From positions 1 to 43,542 of IMG/VR virus record IMGVR_UViG_3300047409_000209: DNA of 43,542 nt; one strand, 5' to 3'. This DNA comes from a virus. Lineage: Duplodnaviria; Caudoviricetes. The notes beneath the pieces are model-generated. The model worked only from the letters and a program-made list of their open reading frames with translations. It did not search any database and was not told the origin of the DNA. Position numbers and translations under genes: made by a program. Positions 18,601 to 27,160 of this stretch are shown one piece after another (positions within the stretch are counted from its first letter, which is position 1; each line of letters opens with the position of its first letter).

Positions 18601-21600
18601 AGGGCGCCGCCCGGCACCCCGGCAAAGCTAAAGTCGAGGGCGTGGACGTAGGCAACCCCGCGGCCGTGGTGGCCAAAGCGAAAGAACTAAAGGCGCTCCA
18701 GGAACGGGCCCGCAACTGGGACAAGGACGATCAACTGCGCCCCATGATTTTGCACGGCGACATGACGCCGGATGAAATCATTAAAGCGCTCTCTCCGGCA
18801 GCTGCCGGACCGCCGGCCGATGCCGGCACCGAGGATTTGTTTAATGTGGCGGAGGAGCCGGCGCCCTACGGGGAGCCGGCGAAGCAATGGTATCACGGGA
18901 CTCCGGCTGGAAAATTTGCAAAGTTTAAGGGGTCAGGAGGCGGCATTTACTTCACGAGTAACCCTGATTTAGCGCACGCCTATACTCAACATCGTGGTCT
19001 TTGGGTATCGAAATCGGAAACGCCTGCGGTTCCCGCGGCGACATTAGACCTGAAAAATCCTCTAGTTATCGACGCCATGGGAACGAGGCACGACAACATT
19101 CCGGTCCCTTGGCAGGAGTGGAAACCCAAAGTCTTCGGCAATTTGCCAAAGAATGCCGTTAGCATACGTGACGCGGCGAAATACGCGAAGGATCACGGAC
19201 ATGATGGGTTAATAGTGCGCAACGTAATAGACACGCTCGACCCTGAAAGCCGTGTGAAATCGGACGTTTCTGTAGTTTTCTCTCCCGAACAAATCAAACC
19301 AACCGCTCCTGACGTTCGAGAAACCCCGGCCCCATACGGCGAAGGCAACCCCGTGCCGGCGGCGAACACGGTAAAGCTGGCGGAGGATATACAGACCTTT
19401 CTGGATTTCAATAAGGTGCCGCCGGCGAAGAAGCCGCAGGCCACCGAAGAGATCAAGAACACCCTGGCGAAAACCGGAGATCCGGCGCTCCAAAAATTTT
19501 ACCAGTATGGCTTTGGCGGGATACTGAAATCCACGATCGGCAAAGCGCTGCGCGCGAATAAGGGCCGTATCTCAATCATCTATCACGATCTGATAAGCCG
19601 GCAACTGCCGGTGTGGAACATTGAAGGCTCAATCATCGCAAACGCCGCGGATCTGGCCGCCGCGGTGGGGCCGATTCGCTCGCCGTATTTTGAATCGTTT
19701 AAGGTGGTGGCGCGCGACCCGCTCACCAAGCGCGTAGTGGGCACCGAGATTACGGGCATAGGCACCCTGGACGAAGCGATTGTGCACCCGCGCGATGTAA
19801 TGCGAATGGTGCAGAAGTATCCCGGCGCGGAGTTTATTGTTTCGCATAATCACCCCAGCGGCATCCCCAGGCCAAGCAGCCAGGATCAAAACACCACGAC
19901 CCGCTTGCGCGAATCGTTTGCTGCGGCCGGCGCGAAACTGGTGGACCACGTAATAACTAACGGGAAACAGTATTTCAGTTTTGAGAAGGAAGAGGTAACG
20001 GGCGACGGCTACGGCACGCTTCCAAACCCGGTGCTGCAACCGTGGGAAGTGGTGCGACCGGAAGAGAGCCCGACGATTAACACGCAACGCGAGCTGGAGA
20101 AATTTACCGCCAGCTTGCGCGCGGATGATCCTAACGCCGTGCACATATTTTACACCAATACCCAGGGAGGCTTGACGGCGCTCGAGCGCGTGTCGCAAGG
20201 GACCAGCCTGGACGCGCTGCGCAAGGCGATAGCTAAGGGGATTGGGCGCGAGTCGCCTTACGGCGTGCTGGTGGATTTCGCCAAGCCACCACCGCCGCAC
20301 GTGCTAACCAACCTGGTAAACATGGTGCACGATGCCATGCTCGTTAAATTTCTGGATGCTTCCTGGCCGGGGATGGATTCAGCCCGCGCAACTGGCGCGT
20401 TGCGTCCACTGGCAGGCGGGTATAGCGTAGCGGAAGATCCTTATGGAGGAACCAGCGACATACAACGGGGAGAAAGTGGTGTCGGAGCCGGTGCTGCGGG
20501 TGAGGCCGGTGCCGGCGGTTTACCGCGTCTCGCGCCGCTCTCCGAAATGGAGAGCTCCGCGCTCCAAACGCTCCGCCGCGCCAAAGGCAGTCTAACCGCC
20601 GCCGGCAAACGCAAACTCGCGCGTCTGGAAGCGCGTGTCATTACTCAGGGCACCGATCTACTTGGCGGGCAAAACGCCGTATTTAATCTTCACGGCGAAG
20701 AGGTGATAGACTGGGCTGCGCGCCAGGCGCAGGCCGATGCCGCCGAAGCGGTGCGCGTAGCCGCGCAACAAGCCGCCGAAAAGGCGCAGATGACCCTCTT
20801 TGAAAAGCCGAGTATGCCGTATGTCACCGGCACCGCGCGGGTAAATGAGAGCACCGGCGGCGGCGCGCCGCCCTACGGGCCGCAAGGCGCGTCCATGTTC
20901 TCCGGGAACACGCCGCCCCGCAGTAATCCCATGCCGATTTGGGCCCGCCGTTACGCCAATAAAATGCGCGCCTGGTGGCAGGACATGCTGCCGCGCTCTT
21001 CCGAGATCGTGCGCAAAGTGCCCGAGAGCCCGGTAATAAGCCAGCACCAACTCTTAATGGAGCGCGAGCTTTCTTATGTGCAAAACTTTACCAAACAACC
21101 CTGGTGGCAAGCGCTCCGGCGCCGGACCGAGGAGGAGATCGTGGACCTCGAGCACGCGGCCGTCACGACTTACCGCCGGCTCCTGGCGCAAGGCGCACCG
21201 CGGGAGGCCGCCTGGGCGCAAGCCGTGTCACAAGCCCCTCCGGATTTGCAAGCTCTCTTCCAACACCGCGAAGGCCGGGTGCCCACCGAGCGCTGGGCTG
21301 CCGGCCAGCTCGCCGTGGATGAGCCCGCTTACACCGGCGATCCTTACATAGCCCGGCTCACAAACGAAGAAGGGAAAGCCGTGGTGGATCTTCACCCGCA
21401 AATCCCGAACTGGAGCCGGCACATCCGGCAATCGATCGGCTCCTTCGAGAAATCGCGTGTGCACGCCACCATGAAAGAAGGAATCCAGGCCGGCGTGCAA
21501 TATGAACCGCCTACCCTGGCCGCGTTTACCCGCGAGCTTTATTCCACGCGCCTCGAAGGCACGGCGCGCATGTTGCAGAACCTTAAAGATAAAGGCGTGC

Positions 21601-22988
21601 TATTCGATGATAAGGCGGCCGCGATCGCGGCTAATCGAACGTTAAAGAACGCGGGCCCGGTGACGCTGGTGCGCGGTTTCGGCGGGAAAGATTACTGGGC
21701 GCGCTCCCGAGTGGAAGCGCAATTCCTGGCGCAAAACTTGAACACGACCAATAGCGCCGGCGCCGTGGGCAAACTGGTGCGCATAGCAAACGCTTTCACC
21801 CGTAATCCGAACCTGCTTTATAACCCGCTGCCGCACGTCACTAAGAACATGGCGTTTAAGTATGCGCTGGCGCGTGTCGGCAATTACGGGCTGTTTAAAG
21901 CCGCCCGCGAATTTGGCACGAACGCGGAGATGCGCGCGCGGTTTGAAGCGGTGATGCCGATGCCGGCTACCGGCGCGCGACTCCCGCAGCTCCGGGCACT
22001 CGAGGCTGGCAGTTACCTCGAGCGGATGCTGGGCAAAGCCGGTAAGATTTTAAGCGGCAACCATTTCTCAGCCCGATTTAACTTTGCGAAGGCGGACCCG
22101 GCGATGCGTTACGCGCTTTGGAAAAGCTACGTTAAGAAAGGACTGAGCGACCAGGCCGCGGCCAACCACGTGTGGGTGGATCTTATCCGCTACGATGAAA
22201 ACTCCGGTGCGCTCAACTTCTGGCGCGGGATCCCGTTTAATTTCTTCGGCACCTGGCGGCTGGGCACTTACATTTCGCTGGCGAAACAACTCCGCAGCCA
22301 TCCTATCCGCGCGCTGCTTTTCATCGGCGCCGTGGAATACCTGCGCGAGATCCTTTATCGCAAATATGGCTGGTGGACGCATCTGCCGGTCGATTACGTG
22401 GATGCGCCACTGGCGTCCGCGATCCAGAACCCGCGCACGATTCCAGGCGTGGCGGCTACCACGCTTATCTTCGGGCCCGGCGGCGGGCAGGCGCCCAGCA
22501 CCATCCAAGACGTGATGAAAACCTTGCACGGCGACCCTGGCCAGTGGGAGCGCGCGGTAAACATGTTTTGGGGCCTGAGCCAACTCTACAATATCCCGCA
22601 GGCGTTTAACGCTTACATGAAAGACAAGGATCCGCAGCACCTCGCGTTGATCCTATCCAGCGCCGCCTTTTCCACACACTCCGCGCTCAAATACAATCCG
22701 CATCGCCTTATGCAATGGATGCCCGAATGGATGCCGGGCCTCGAGAAGAGCGCAATCGTGCGCCAGGCTGAGGCGCTCCAGGCAAAGATCCAGGCCACCC
22801 AGGAGAAGGCGCGCACTACCTACGAAGCGCGCCACGGAATCAGTCAAAGCCTGGAATACGAAACGCCAGAAGGCCAGATGCAGGCACTTCGGCGCGCCGC
22901 CGGCGTGCACCCGCCGCCGCCCGGGCCGCCCCGGCGCACGAGGGTTTTGCCCAACCCGCGGAGAAGCGGGCGACCCCGCGGCTTCTAG
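15648..22988 (+). CDS. Giant polyvalent internal virion protein (~2446 aa)
   Basis: GTG start gives MADEYLSTDP. Motifs: EVGTQG...VFNRAAARG (cell-wall hydrolase-like), LISGRHRF (ParB-like), WYHGT...GIYFT...HDGLIV...VFSPEQIK (ART-like), HNHPSG...D and DHVI (JAB/RadC). Confidence 0.85.
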   Translation: MADEYLSTDPNAGAVATAPEQPNYLSTDPNAGISSDPALAGIRANYSKELSDPNVAGKLYSLTHQEVGTQGPAAQQAFVETVFNRAAARGMTLAQTVSDPNYYPAVSLRPTALSQDHIDHYEGLAANAVQGSNISNYATGNASGTVGFDGGPQTFKAGGERFGIEGHDLGWAQNFDQMQQGAPVQRVDTYTRVEKAVPVQEVEHQVARAYPVNGPRPPLPKGPDTLNAPPQATPGGYLSTDPDAGLTPPALAAPEGDFPLAKALVPPQFTNFMPQQVAPTQSGKLPEQPPPDILASPEAYAQSVSTGQDFTPAEMERANKLWQTRLVNLPKVKEGDISASGQKLSSFDAATVNMARGFASGLTSMEGLFGLIPPVGLAEMLTNAPHLIDAVHAAEQTPAWSQDRWEAGLNVITSLVGAGLLGKATIEAGIAGIPKAEAKPGTSMAPAAAAAPAGEAGAAPAGEAAAGPAPPGEAGATAATPPRTWANVAEELRWLAKNDPAQFKVRFAEEMAKRQNGEYDVKTDTEPVSGVPPKPPPTQPTAAAPGPAPETPAPAAAAPTAEAPTAPAPAPAAPVTTGPVAVPEAITEELAARGMKPAQIAALSAGQAANLVLQPALDEIAAGTAATTAPAPVAAGVSPAAPAAPSKADAVDNLGIMEQEQMLQRESASVRAQVGVIAQRNGISHTDAYVQYLRDKEAPAAAAPSIDLSQLPDQEPPTPAATTPEPTTATATQTSDNPIYPNVPLSQITLSKDVPQFKSGADENGIVEPLAGKPERAGMAPVQLWRRLNGQLELISGRHRFDLFQRSGEKTIPAQIYNEADGFDKRRAARLDAELNIRDNQGSIADYANYFRNSGITQEAAQARGLLARGAGKAGFAIARGGGESLFALHQSGRLTDAQAQAIAEAAPGNEGFQRVGIQNALAGRSGQSISNLLRAFKAGSDAEPELEQPELLSAGDPAMKRMAKAAERAGKVQREIGQRVIAIEGAARHPGKAKVEGVDVGNPAAVVAKAKELKALQERARNWDKDDQLRPMILHGDMTPDEIIKALSPAAAGPPADAGTEDLFNVAEEPAPYGEPAKQWYHGTPAGKFAKFKGSGGGIYFTSNPDLAHAYTQHRGLWVSKSETPAVPAATLDLKNPLVIDAMGTRHDNIPVPWQEWKPKVFGNLPKNAVSIRDAAKYAKDHGHDGLIVRNVIDTLDPESRVKSDVSVVFSPEQIKPTAPDVRETPAPYGEGNPVPAANTVKLAEDIQTFLDFNKVPPAKKPQATEEIKNTLAKTGDPALQKFYQYGFGGILKSTIGKALRANKGRISIIYHDLISRQLPVWNIEGSIIANAADLAAAVGPIRSPYFESFKVVARDPLTKRVVGTEITGIGTLDEAIVHPRDVMRMVQKYPGAEFIVSHNHPSGIPRPSSQDQNTTTRLRESFAAAGAKLVDHVITNGKQYFSFEKEEVTGDGYGTLPNPVLQPWEVVRPEESPTINTQRELEKFTASLRADDPNAVHIFYTNTQGGLTALERVSQGTSLDALRKAIAKGIGRESPYGVLVDFAKPPPPHVLTNLVNMVHDAMLVKFLDASWPGMDSARATGALRPLAGGYSVAEDPYGGTSDIQRGESGVGAGAAGEAGAGGLPRLAPLSEMESSALQTLRRAKGSLTAAGKRKLARLEARVITQGTDLLGGQNAVFNLHGEEVIDWAARQAQADAAEAVRVAAQQAAEKAQMTLFEKPSMPYVTGTARVNESTGGGAPPYGPQGASMFSGNTPPRSNPMPIWARRYANKMRAWWQDMLPRSSEIVRKVPESPVISQHQLLMERELSYVQNFTKQPWWQALRRRTEEEIVDLEHAAVTTYRRLLAQGAPREAAWAQAVSQAPPDLQALFQHREGRVPTERWAAGQLAVDEPAYTGDPYIARLTNEEGKAVVDLHPQIPNWSRHIRQSIGSFEKSRVHATMKEGIQAGVQYEPPTLAAFTRELYSTRLEGTARMLQNLKDKGVLFDDKAAAIAANRTLKNAGPVTLVRGFGGKDYWARSRVEAQFLAQNLNTTNSAGAVGKLVRIANAFTRNPNLLYNPLPHVTKNMAFKYALARVGNYGLFKAAREFGTNAEMRARFEAVMPMPATGARLPQLRALEAGSYLERMLGKAGKILSGNHFSARFNFAKADPAMRYALWKSYVKKGLSDQAAANHVWVDLIRYDENSGALNFWRGIPFNFFGTWRLGTYISLAKQLRSHPIRALLFIGAVEYLREILYRKYGWWTHLPVDYVDAPLASAIQNPRTIPGVAATTLIFGPGGGQAPSTIQDVMKTLHGDPGQWERAVNMFWGLSQLYNIPQAFNAYMKDKDPQHLALILSSAAFSTHSALKYNPHRLMQWMPEWMPGLEKSAIVRQAEALQAKIQATQEKARTTYEARHGISQSLEYETPEGQMQALRRAAGVHPPPPGPPRRTRVLPNPRRSGRPRGF
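17542..17566 (+). repeat. GTAG-type REP-like palindrome inside a CDS
   Basis: CTGTAGCGGCAGGCGTGTCGCCTGC; its reverse complement with 2 mismatches is at 38909-38933. Confidence 0.75.
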
Positions 22989-23182
22989 TCGCCCAGTATG
23001 AGGCGTGCCGATTGAATCACCACGGCCGCAACAAAGCCGACAACAATGATCCCGCGGATGAGCGCCCAAGCGCCGGCGGGTATCGTCAAGAGGATAGACC
23101 CAACAATCAACGAGCCGACCATGCTACAGGCAACGAAGATAATAAGACGAACGGCCTCCACGCGCAGAAAATACGCGCACAA
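22985..23182 (-). CDS. Small two-transmembrane protein, convergent with the giant gene
   Basis: Two hydrophobic stretches; stop overlaps the giant gene stop. Start is uncertain. Confidence 0.5.
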   Translation of the reverse strand: MCAYFLRVEAVRLIIFVACSMVGSLIVGSILLTIPAGAWALIRGIIVVGFVAAVVIQSARLILGD

Positions 23183-23282
23183 TGCGCCACGTCAAATTCT
23201 ACGCAGCCTCATGGCTCGGCTGCGGTCCGTATCAACAATCGCAAATTTCGGTGATCTCAAAGAAATCGATCGCCTCGGGTAA

Positions 23283-23600
23283 TTCGGAATCTGGTCCCAT
23301 GTAATAAGAAGTCATAAAGATGGGGAGTAAGTGGGGGATAAAGCCATTTTCTCCTAGGAGCAGGCTGCCATTGTGTCCGCCGTTGTCGGGTATGGCTCAG
23401 TCGGCACTTTTGCCTAGTTAGCGAACCCTGAATGTCTGATTTACCTAGGCAAACTGCATTCATTTTATGTCAACCGAGGTGTCGAGAAAGGCCGAGAGGT
23501 CAAGAGAAGTCTGCTACTTGACTCGTGGTGAAAGTCGGGGATAATGCTTCCCATGGAACAACCAGATAAACGTGATTTCAAAGGCGGTGCCAGGTGAGTC
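23283..23600. other. Candidate attP / integrase promoter region
   Basis: Non-coding, lower GC, upstream of the integrase. Tandem TGGGGAGTAA/TGGGGGATAA at 23321-23341, inverted TTTGCCTAG/CTAGGCAAA at about 23409-23453, and TATAAT just before the ATG. Confidence 0.45.
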
Positions 23601-23608
23601 TCACTATA

Positions 23609-24808
23609 ATGGCGGGCGGGCGTAAACGGAAACTCTATCAGCACAAACCGGGTGGTTGCTATTATGTGCGCTTTAATGTGCGCGGCAAGGATTGTGAACG
23701 CTCGACAGGAACAACTATTCTGGCGGCGGCGAAGGACAGAGCAAAGCAAATCGTAGAGGCGGAGATCGGCGGCGATTTCTATAAATCTAACGCGCTTAAG
23801 GTGCGCTCGGATGCGTGCAAGTTACAAGTAATCGCTGAGCGTTACTTGCAAAAGTTTGGGAGCACTAAGACTTCGCGCGGGAATGTGGCTGCGCTGGCGA
23901 AGCTTGTGCGCCTGGGTTGTGGATCCTCGCTGGAGACTGCGACCACGGCCGTGCTGACTGCGAAGCTGGTGCGCGATTTTGAGGCGGCACAAGAGAAGCG
24001 TATTACGCGCGATCGCAGTGGCGGGATGGATCGCGGGATCGAGCAGTCGGTGCGAACTTCAATTTGGATAACGGTGCGGCACGCACGCTCGATGTTTGCC
24101 CGCAAATATCTGCATTGGTATGAGGACCTGGCGTTGCCGCGGCTGGATGAGTTTAGGGCGCAAGGGGTGCTGGCGCCGCGGCGCCGCGGCGATCCGCGGC
24201 CGCTGGATGAGGCGGCGATCGCGGGAATGTTCGCGGCTTCCAAGCAGCTCGCGATTGATGATCCGGCGTGTTACGTGGCTTTCATCCTCTTTGCGCTCAT
24301 GGGTATGCGTAACTCGGAGATCCGAAAGGCGCGCAAGAATTGGTTGCGGCCGTCCGGCAGCGGCCGCAGCGAGGGCTGGGTGCTGGATATTATCGATCGG
24401 CCGGAAGAGAACTTTTACTGTAAAGGTTACGAGCGGCGCGTGCCGGTGGGTTCGGACATTGTTGAGCTTCTGGAGCGTTATTACAAGCAATCGCCTGATG
24501 GGCCGTTCCTGGTGCCGGCGGCGCATAAGACGGAGCGATATGATATTGTGGACCGGCGCCACGGGCAATGGGCGGGCAACTGGATTAAAGGTTATACGAA
24601 AGTGTCTTACGAATTGCGCCGGTATGCGGGCTCTCTGGTGCTAAAGAAAACCGGTTCGATCATGGCGGCTAAGAAATTCCTTGGCCATAGCAGCGTGCAA
24701 ACGACCGAGAAATACTACGCTTACATGCTGGGGGATTTGCCGGCGCTTTCGTTTGCGGATTTCGCTAACGGGCACGCTTTGACGAACGGAAAGGAGCCGC
24801 AACAATGA
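23609..24808 (+). CDS. int: Tyrosine recombinase / integrase
   Basis: N-terminal arm-binding-like YYVRF...RSTGT, GMRNSEI, YELRR in place of HxLR, and LGHSSVQTTEKYY. Confidence 0.93.
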   Translation: MAGGRKRKLYQHKPGGCYYVRFNVRGKDCERSTGTTILAAAKDRAKQIVEAEIGGDFYKSNALKVRSDACKLQVIAERYLQKFGSTKTSRGNVAALAKLVRLGCGSSLETATTAVLTAKLVRDFEAAQEKRITRDRSGGMDRGIEQSVRTSIWITVRHARSMFARKYLHWYEDLALPRLDEFRAQGVLAPRRRGDPRPLDEAAIAGMFAASKQLAIDDPACYVAFILFALMGMRNSEIRKARKNWLRPSGSGRSEGWVLDIIDRPEENFYCKGYERRVPVGSDIVELLERYYKQSPDGPFLVPAAHKTERYDIVDRRHGQWAGNWIKGYTKVSYELRRYAGSLVLKKTGSIMAAKKFLGHSSVQTTEKYYAYMLGDLPALSFADFANGHALTNGKEPQQ

Positions 24809-25089
24809 ATTTGATTGGCAAGTCGCGGGTTGAGCTTGAGCACATGCTACATAACAAATGCCGCCCTGAGCTTCTGGACTTGATTTTCGAGCTCGCAACG
24901 TTGGAGTTACATTTCTCAGTTTCCCAAGTGGCACGAGCTCGAAAACTTTCGCGTGGCACAATCCTCGAGAAGATACACACGCGCGAAATCCCGCGAGTGC
25001 ATCGACCGGTGAAGAACGCGCTAAGGATCCCGATTTCAGCAATCCACGAATGGGATCGAAATACCCAAATTACAGGGGTTGGCCAATGA
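24805..25089 (+). CDS. Excisionase-like winged HTH protein, paralog 1
   Basis: FSVSQVARARKLSRGTILEKIHTREIP...LRIP. Confidence 0.8.
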   Translation: MNLIGKSRVELEHMLHNKCRPELLDLIFELATLELHFSVSQVARARKLSRGTILEKIHTREIPRVHRPVKNALRIPISAIHEWDRNTQITGVGQ

Positions 25090-25379
25090 AAATTATCGGT
25101 AAAACGCGGATGGAAATAGAGCGCGCACTGCGTGACAAGAACAAGCCGGAGCTACTGGATTTGATTTACAAGCTGGCAACTATGGAGCCGTATTTCACGG
25201 TTTCCGAAGTGGCGCGGGCTCGGAAGATTTCGCGCGCGACTGTGCTGGACAAAATACAGAAGCGGGAAATCCCGCGGGCGCATCGCCTGGGCGATCATGG
25301 CTTACGGATTCCGCTTTCGTCGATCGCCGAGTGGGATGCAAATACTGAAATCAGTAGCAACGGTGAGCGTTTAACTTGA
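25086..25379 (+). CDS. Excisionase-like winged HTH protein, paralog 2
   Basis: FTVSEVARARKISRATVLDKIQKREIP...LRIP; ATGA overlap with paralog 1. Confidence 0.8.
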   Translation: MKIIGKTRMEIERALRDKNKPELLDLIYKLATMEPYFTVSEVARARKISRATVLDKIQKREIPRAHRLGDHGLRIPLSSIAEWDANTEISSNGERLT

Positions 25380-25412
25380 CTAAGCGCGCAATGCGTAGTT
25401 TAGTCCTCTAAT

Positions 25413-25709
25413 ATGCGTATATTAAAACTCCTTGTCGGCGCGGCGCTTTTATGTGCTGCGGTTAACTGCAATGCTCAAAATTACACAATCAGGCCGGCTC
25501 CTATGGCTGGGCTTTTTGGCCGGGACGTCAACGTTTATAATCAAACTGGACAACTGCAACAGACTATCAGGCCGGAACCAATTGGCGGACCATTTGGCCG
25601 CGGGTTCAACGTTTATAATTCAACCGGCCAACTGCAACAGACGATCAGGCCGGAGCCTATTGGCGGGCCTTTTGGCCGCGGTTACACCGTTCACGCCATC
25701 CCACGCTAA
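25413..25709 (+). CDS. Secreted protein with three ~26-aa tandem repeats (moron-like)
   Basis: Signal peptide followed by TIRPEPIGGPFGRGFNVYNxTGQLQQ-type repeats. Confidence 0.75.
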   Translation: MRILKLLVGAALLCAAVNCNAQNYTIRPAPMAGLFGRDVNVYNQTGQLQQTIRPEPIGGPFGRGFNVYNSTGQLQQTIRPEPIGGPFGRGYTVHAIPR

Positions 25710-25725
25710 AAGTTAATTCCAACAC

Positions 25726-25752
25726 CGCGGCCAGCCACGTGCGGGCTGCGGC
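25726..25752. terminator. Possible terminator hairpin between convergent genes
   Basis: CCGCGGCC...GGCTGCGG stem; weak U tract. Confidence 0.3.
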
Positions 25753-25773
25753 ATGGAATGAGCTTGGAGGCTT

Positions 25774-25980
25774 TTAATGTCTCTGCTTGCGCGCTAGCTT
25801 TGCGTGATAGCGAGGCGCGGTTTCCTCGATTCTGAGATCGCAGCGGATCAAATTCTTAATGTAGTTTGATAGACTGCGCCCGTCCTCCTCTGCTCGCCGC
25901 TTAGCTTTGGCGAGAAGATCAGGCGGGATCCGCACGGCCGTATAGACGCTGGCCGGCTTGGCTTTCGCTGGGTTGCTCAT
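25774..25980 (-). CDS. Ribbon-helix-helix (Arc/Mnt-like) regulator
   Basis: YTAVRIPPDLLAKAKRRAEEDGRSLSNYIKNLI. Confidence 0.8.
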   Translation of the reverse strand: MSNPAKAKPASVYTAVRIPPDLLAKAKRRAEEDGRSLSNYIKNLIRCDLRIEETAPRYHAKLARKQRH

Positions 25981-26122
25981 GGTCTCTGATTGCGCGGCGA
26001 ATTAAATCCTGTTCGAGCAACCAAATGATGTAGTTGCTGAGTGAACGCCTTTCGCCATCTGCTACGAGCTTGGCACGACGTAGCAAATCATTTGGACAGC
26101 GGAACGCGGTGTATTTGCTCAT
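25919..26122 (-). CDS. Ribbon-helix-helix regulator, paralog
   Basis: YTAFRCPNDLLRRAKLVADGERRSLSNYIIWLL. Confidence 0.75.
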   Translation of the reverse strand: MSKYTAFRCPNDLLRRAKLVADGERRSLSNYIIWLLEQDLIRRAIRDHEQPSESQAGQRLYGRADPA

Positions 26123-26227
26123 AGGTGTTTAAACGTTGTTAAACTTCCCCGCAAATTATGCAAGCCAAAATATCTCAAATTTTGCCTTGCGGGTATCGTT
26201 AAACAAGTGTTTAAACAGTGTCGAGTC
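26123..26227. promoter_or_regulatory. Divergent mirror-image promoter/operator region
   Basis: Rightward TTGCGGG-tatc-GTTAAACAA-gt-GTTTAAACA; leftward TTGCGGG-gaa-GTTTAACAA-c-GTTTAAACA. Confidence 0.7.
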
Positions 26228-26404
26228 ATGCGGAAACTTCGCAAAACCAAACGGGTGAAGTGGAGCGAGTTCACTGGGATAAGAATGGAGCCGGAGCTTT
26301 ATGCCAGAGCTAAGCGCAAAGCTCGCTCGCGACACCAAACATACAGCGAATACGTGCGCCAGTTAATCGTGACCGACACTGCGGAGACTGAGGCGGCGCC
26401 ATGA
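26228..26404 (+). CDS. Ribbon-helix-helix regulator, divergent
   Basis: FTGIRMEPELYARAKRKARSRHQTYSEYVRQLI. Confidence 0.75.
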   Translation: MRKLRKTKRVKWSEFTGIRMEPELYARAKRKARSRHQTYSEYVRQLIVTDTAETEAAP

Positions 26405-26595
26405 CCAGGTATCAATGCCTTTTCTGGATCTCTGAGGGTTTGAACGTGCTGTTCCTCGTGGTAATCGCAGGGTTTTGTTACCTGTGCCACAAACAAAGGG
26501 TTCTGATCGAGAATCTGTTGGATACTGTGAATGAACTTTTCACGCGCTGGCGCCGGCGCGAAACGGATGAAGGTGATTGGTGGAAATTGCAATAA
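26401..26595 (+). CDS. Small single-transmembrane protein
   Basis: 64 aa with an ATGA overlap. Confidence 0.6.
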   Translation: MTRYQCLFWISEGLNVLFLVVIAGFCYLCHKQRVLIENLLDTVNELFTRWRRRETDEGDWWKLQ

Positions 26596-26625
26596 AGCTA
26601 CGAAACTGAAATATTGGATAATCGG

Positions 26626-27069
26626 ATGGCCTCGCAGTTTATTTGCTCCGTCCTCAGAGAACGAGGCTGGACCCAAGCACGTTTCGCTAAGCAATGCGGG
26701 ATCAAGCAGCCGTTGATTTCGAAGGATCTCTCAAGCAACCGCAAGCACCCAATTTCACCCGCGCATTTAAAGAAATATCTGGAGTGCTTAAATCACAGCG
26801 AGCGCAAACGGCTGTTCGCTGCCTGGATGAAGGGTATCGTGCCGTCGGAGGTGATGGCCGATTTGCTGGAGTCGGATGGCAACCTGCGCTTGGACGTGAA
26901 GGCGTGGCTGCCAGCGCTCAAGAACGACGATAAAGAAATGCTGCTTTGGTGGGCCCAAGAGATGACGCACGACGGCGAGCTGGAGGAGCTCTTTAAGCTA
27001 CTAAGCGCAAGGGCCGGCTACCGTCCCAAGACAGAGGCCGGCCCTGTGAAACGCCGTCGCCGCGATTAG
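26626..27069 (+). CDS. XRE-family HTH regulator
   Basis: LRERGWTQARFAKQCGIKQPLISK. Confidence 0.8.
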   Translation: MASQFICSVLRERGWTQARFAKQCGIKQPLISKDLSSNRKHPISPAHLKKYLECLNHSERKRLFAAWMKGIVPSEVMADLLESDGNLRLDVKAWLPALKNDDKEMLLWWAQEMTHDGELEELFKLLSARAGYRPKTEAGPVKRRRRD

Positions 27070-27160
27070 TTCCTAGGCGGTGGCGGTTTTGGGTTATCGG
27101 GTTTGTCGTCGGTTGCCATAGTTAGCGTTGCTCCTTCCTGCGCTATGAATCGAAGCGCGG

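Noticed and set aside
23283-23600. tRNA or tmRNA fragment at the att site
   Set aside because: No convincing T-arm plus acceptor stem could be read on either strand.
25376-25405. Sigma70 promoter for the secreted repeat gene
   Set aside because: TTGACT is present but the -10 match at normal spacing is poor.
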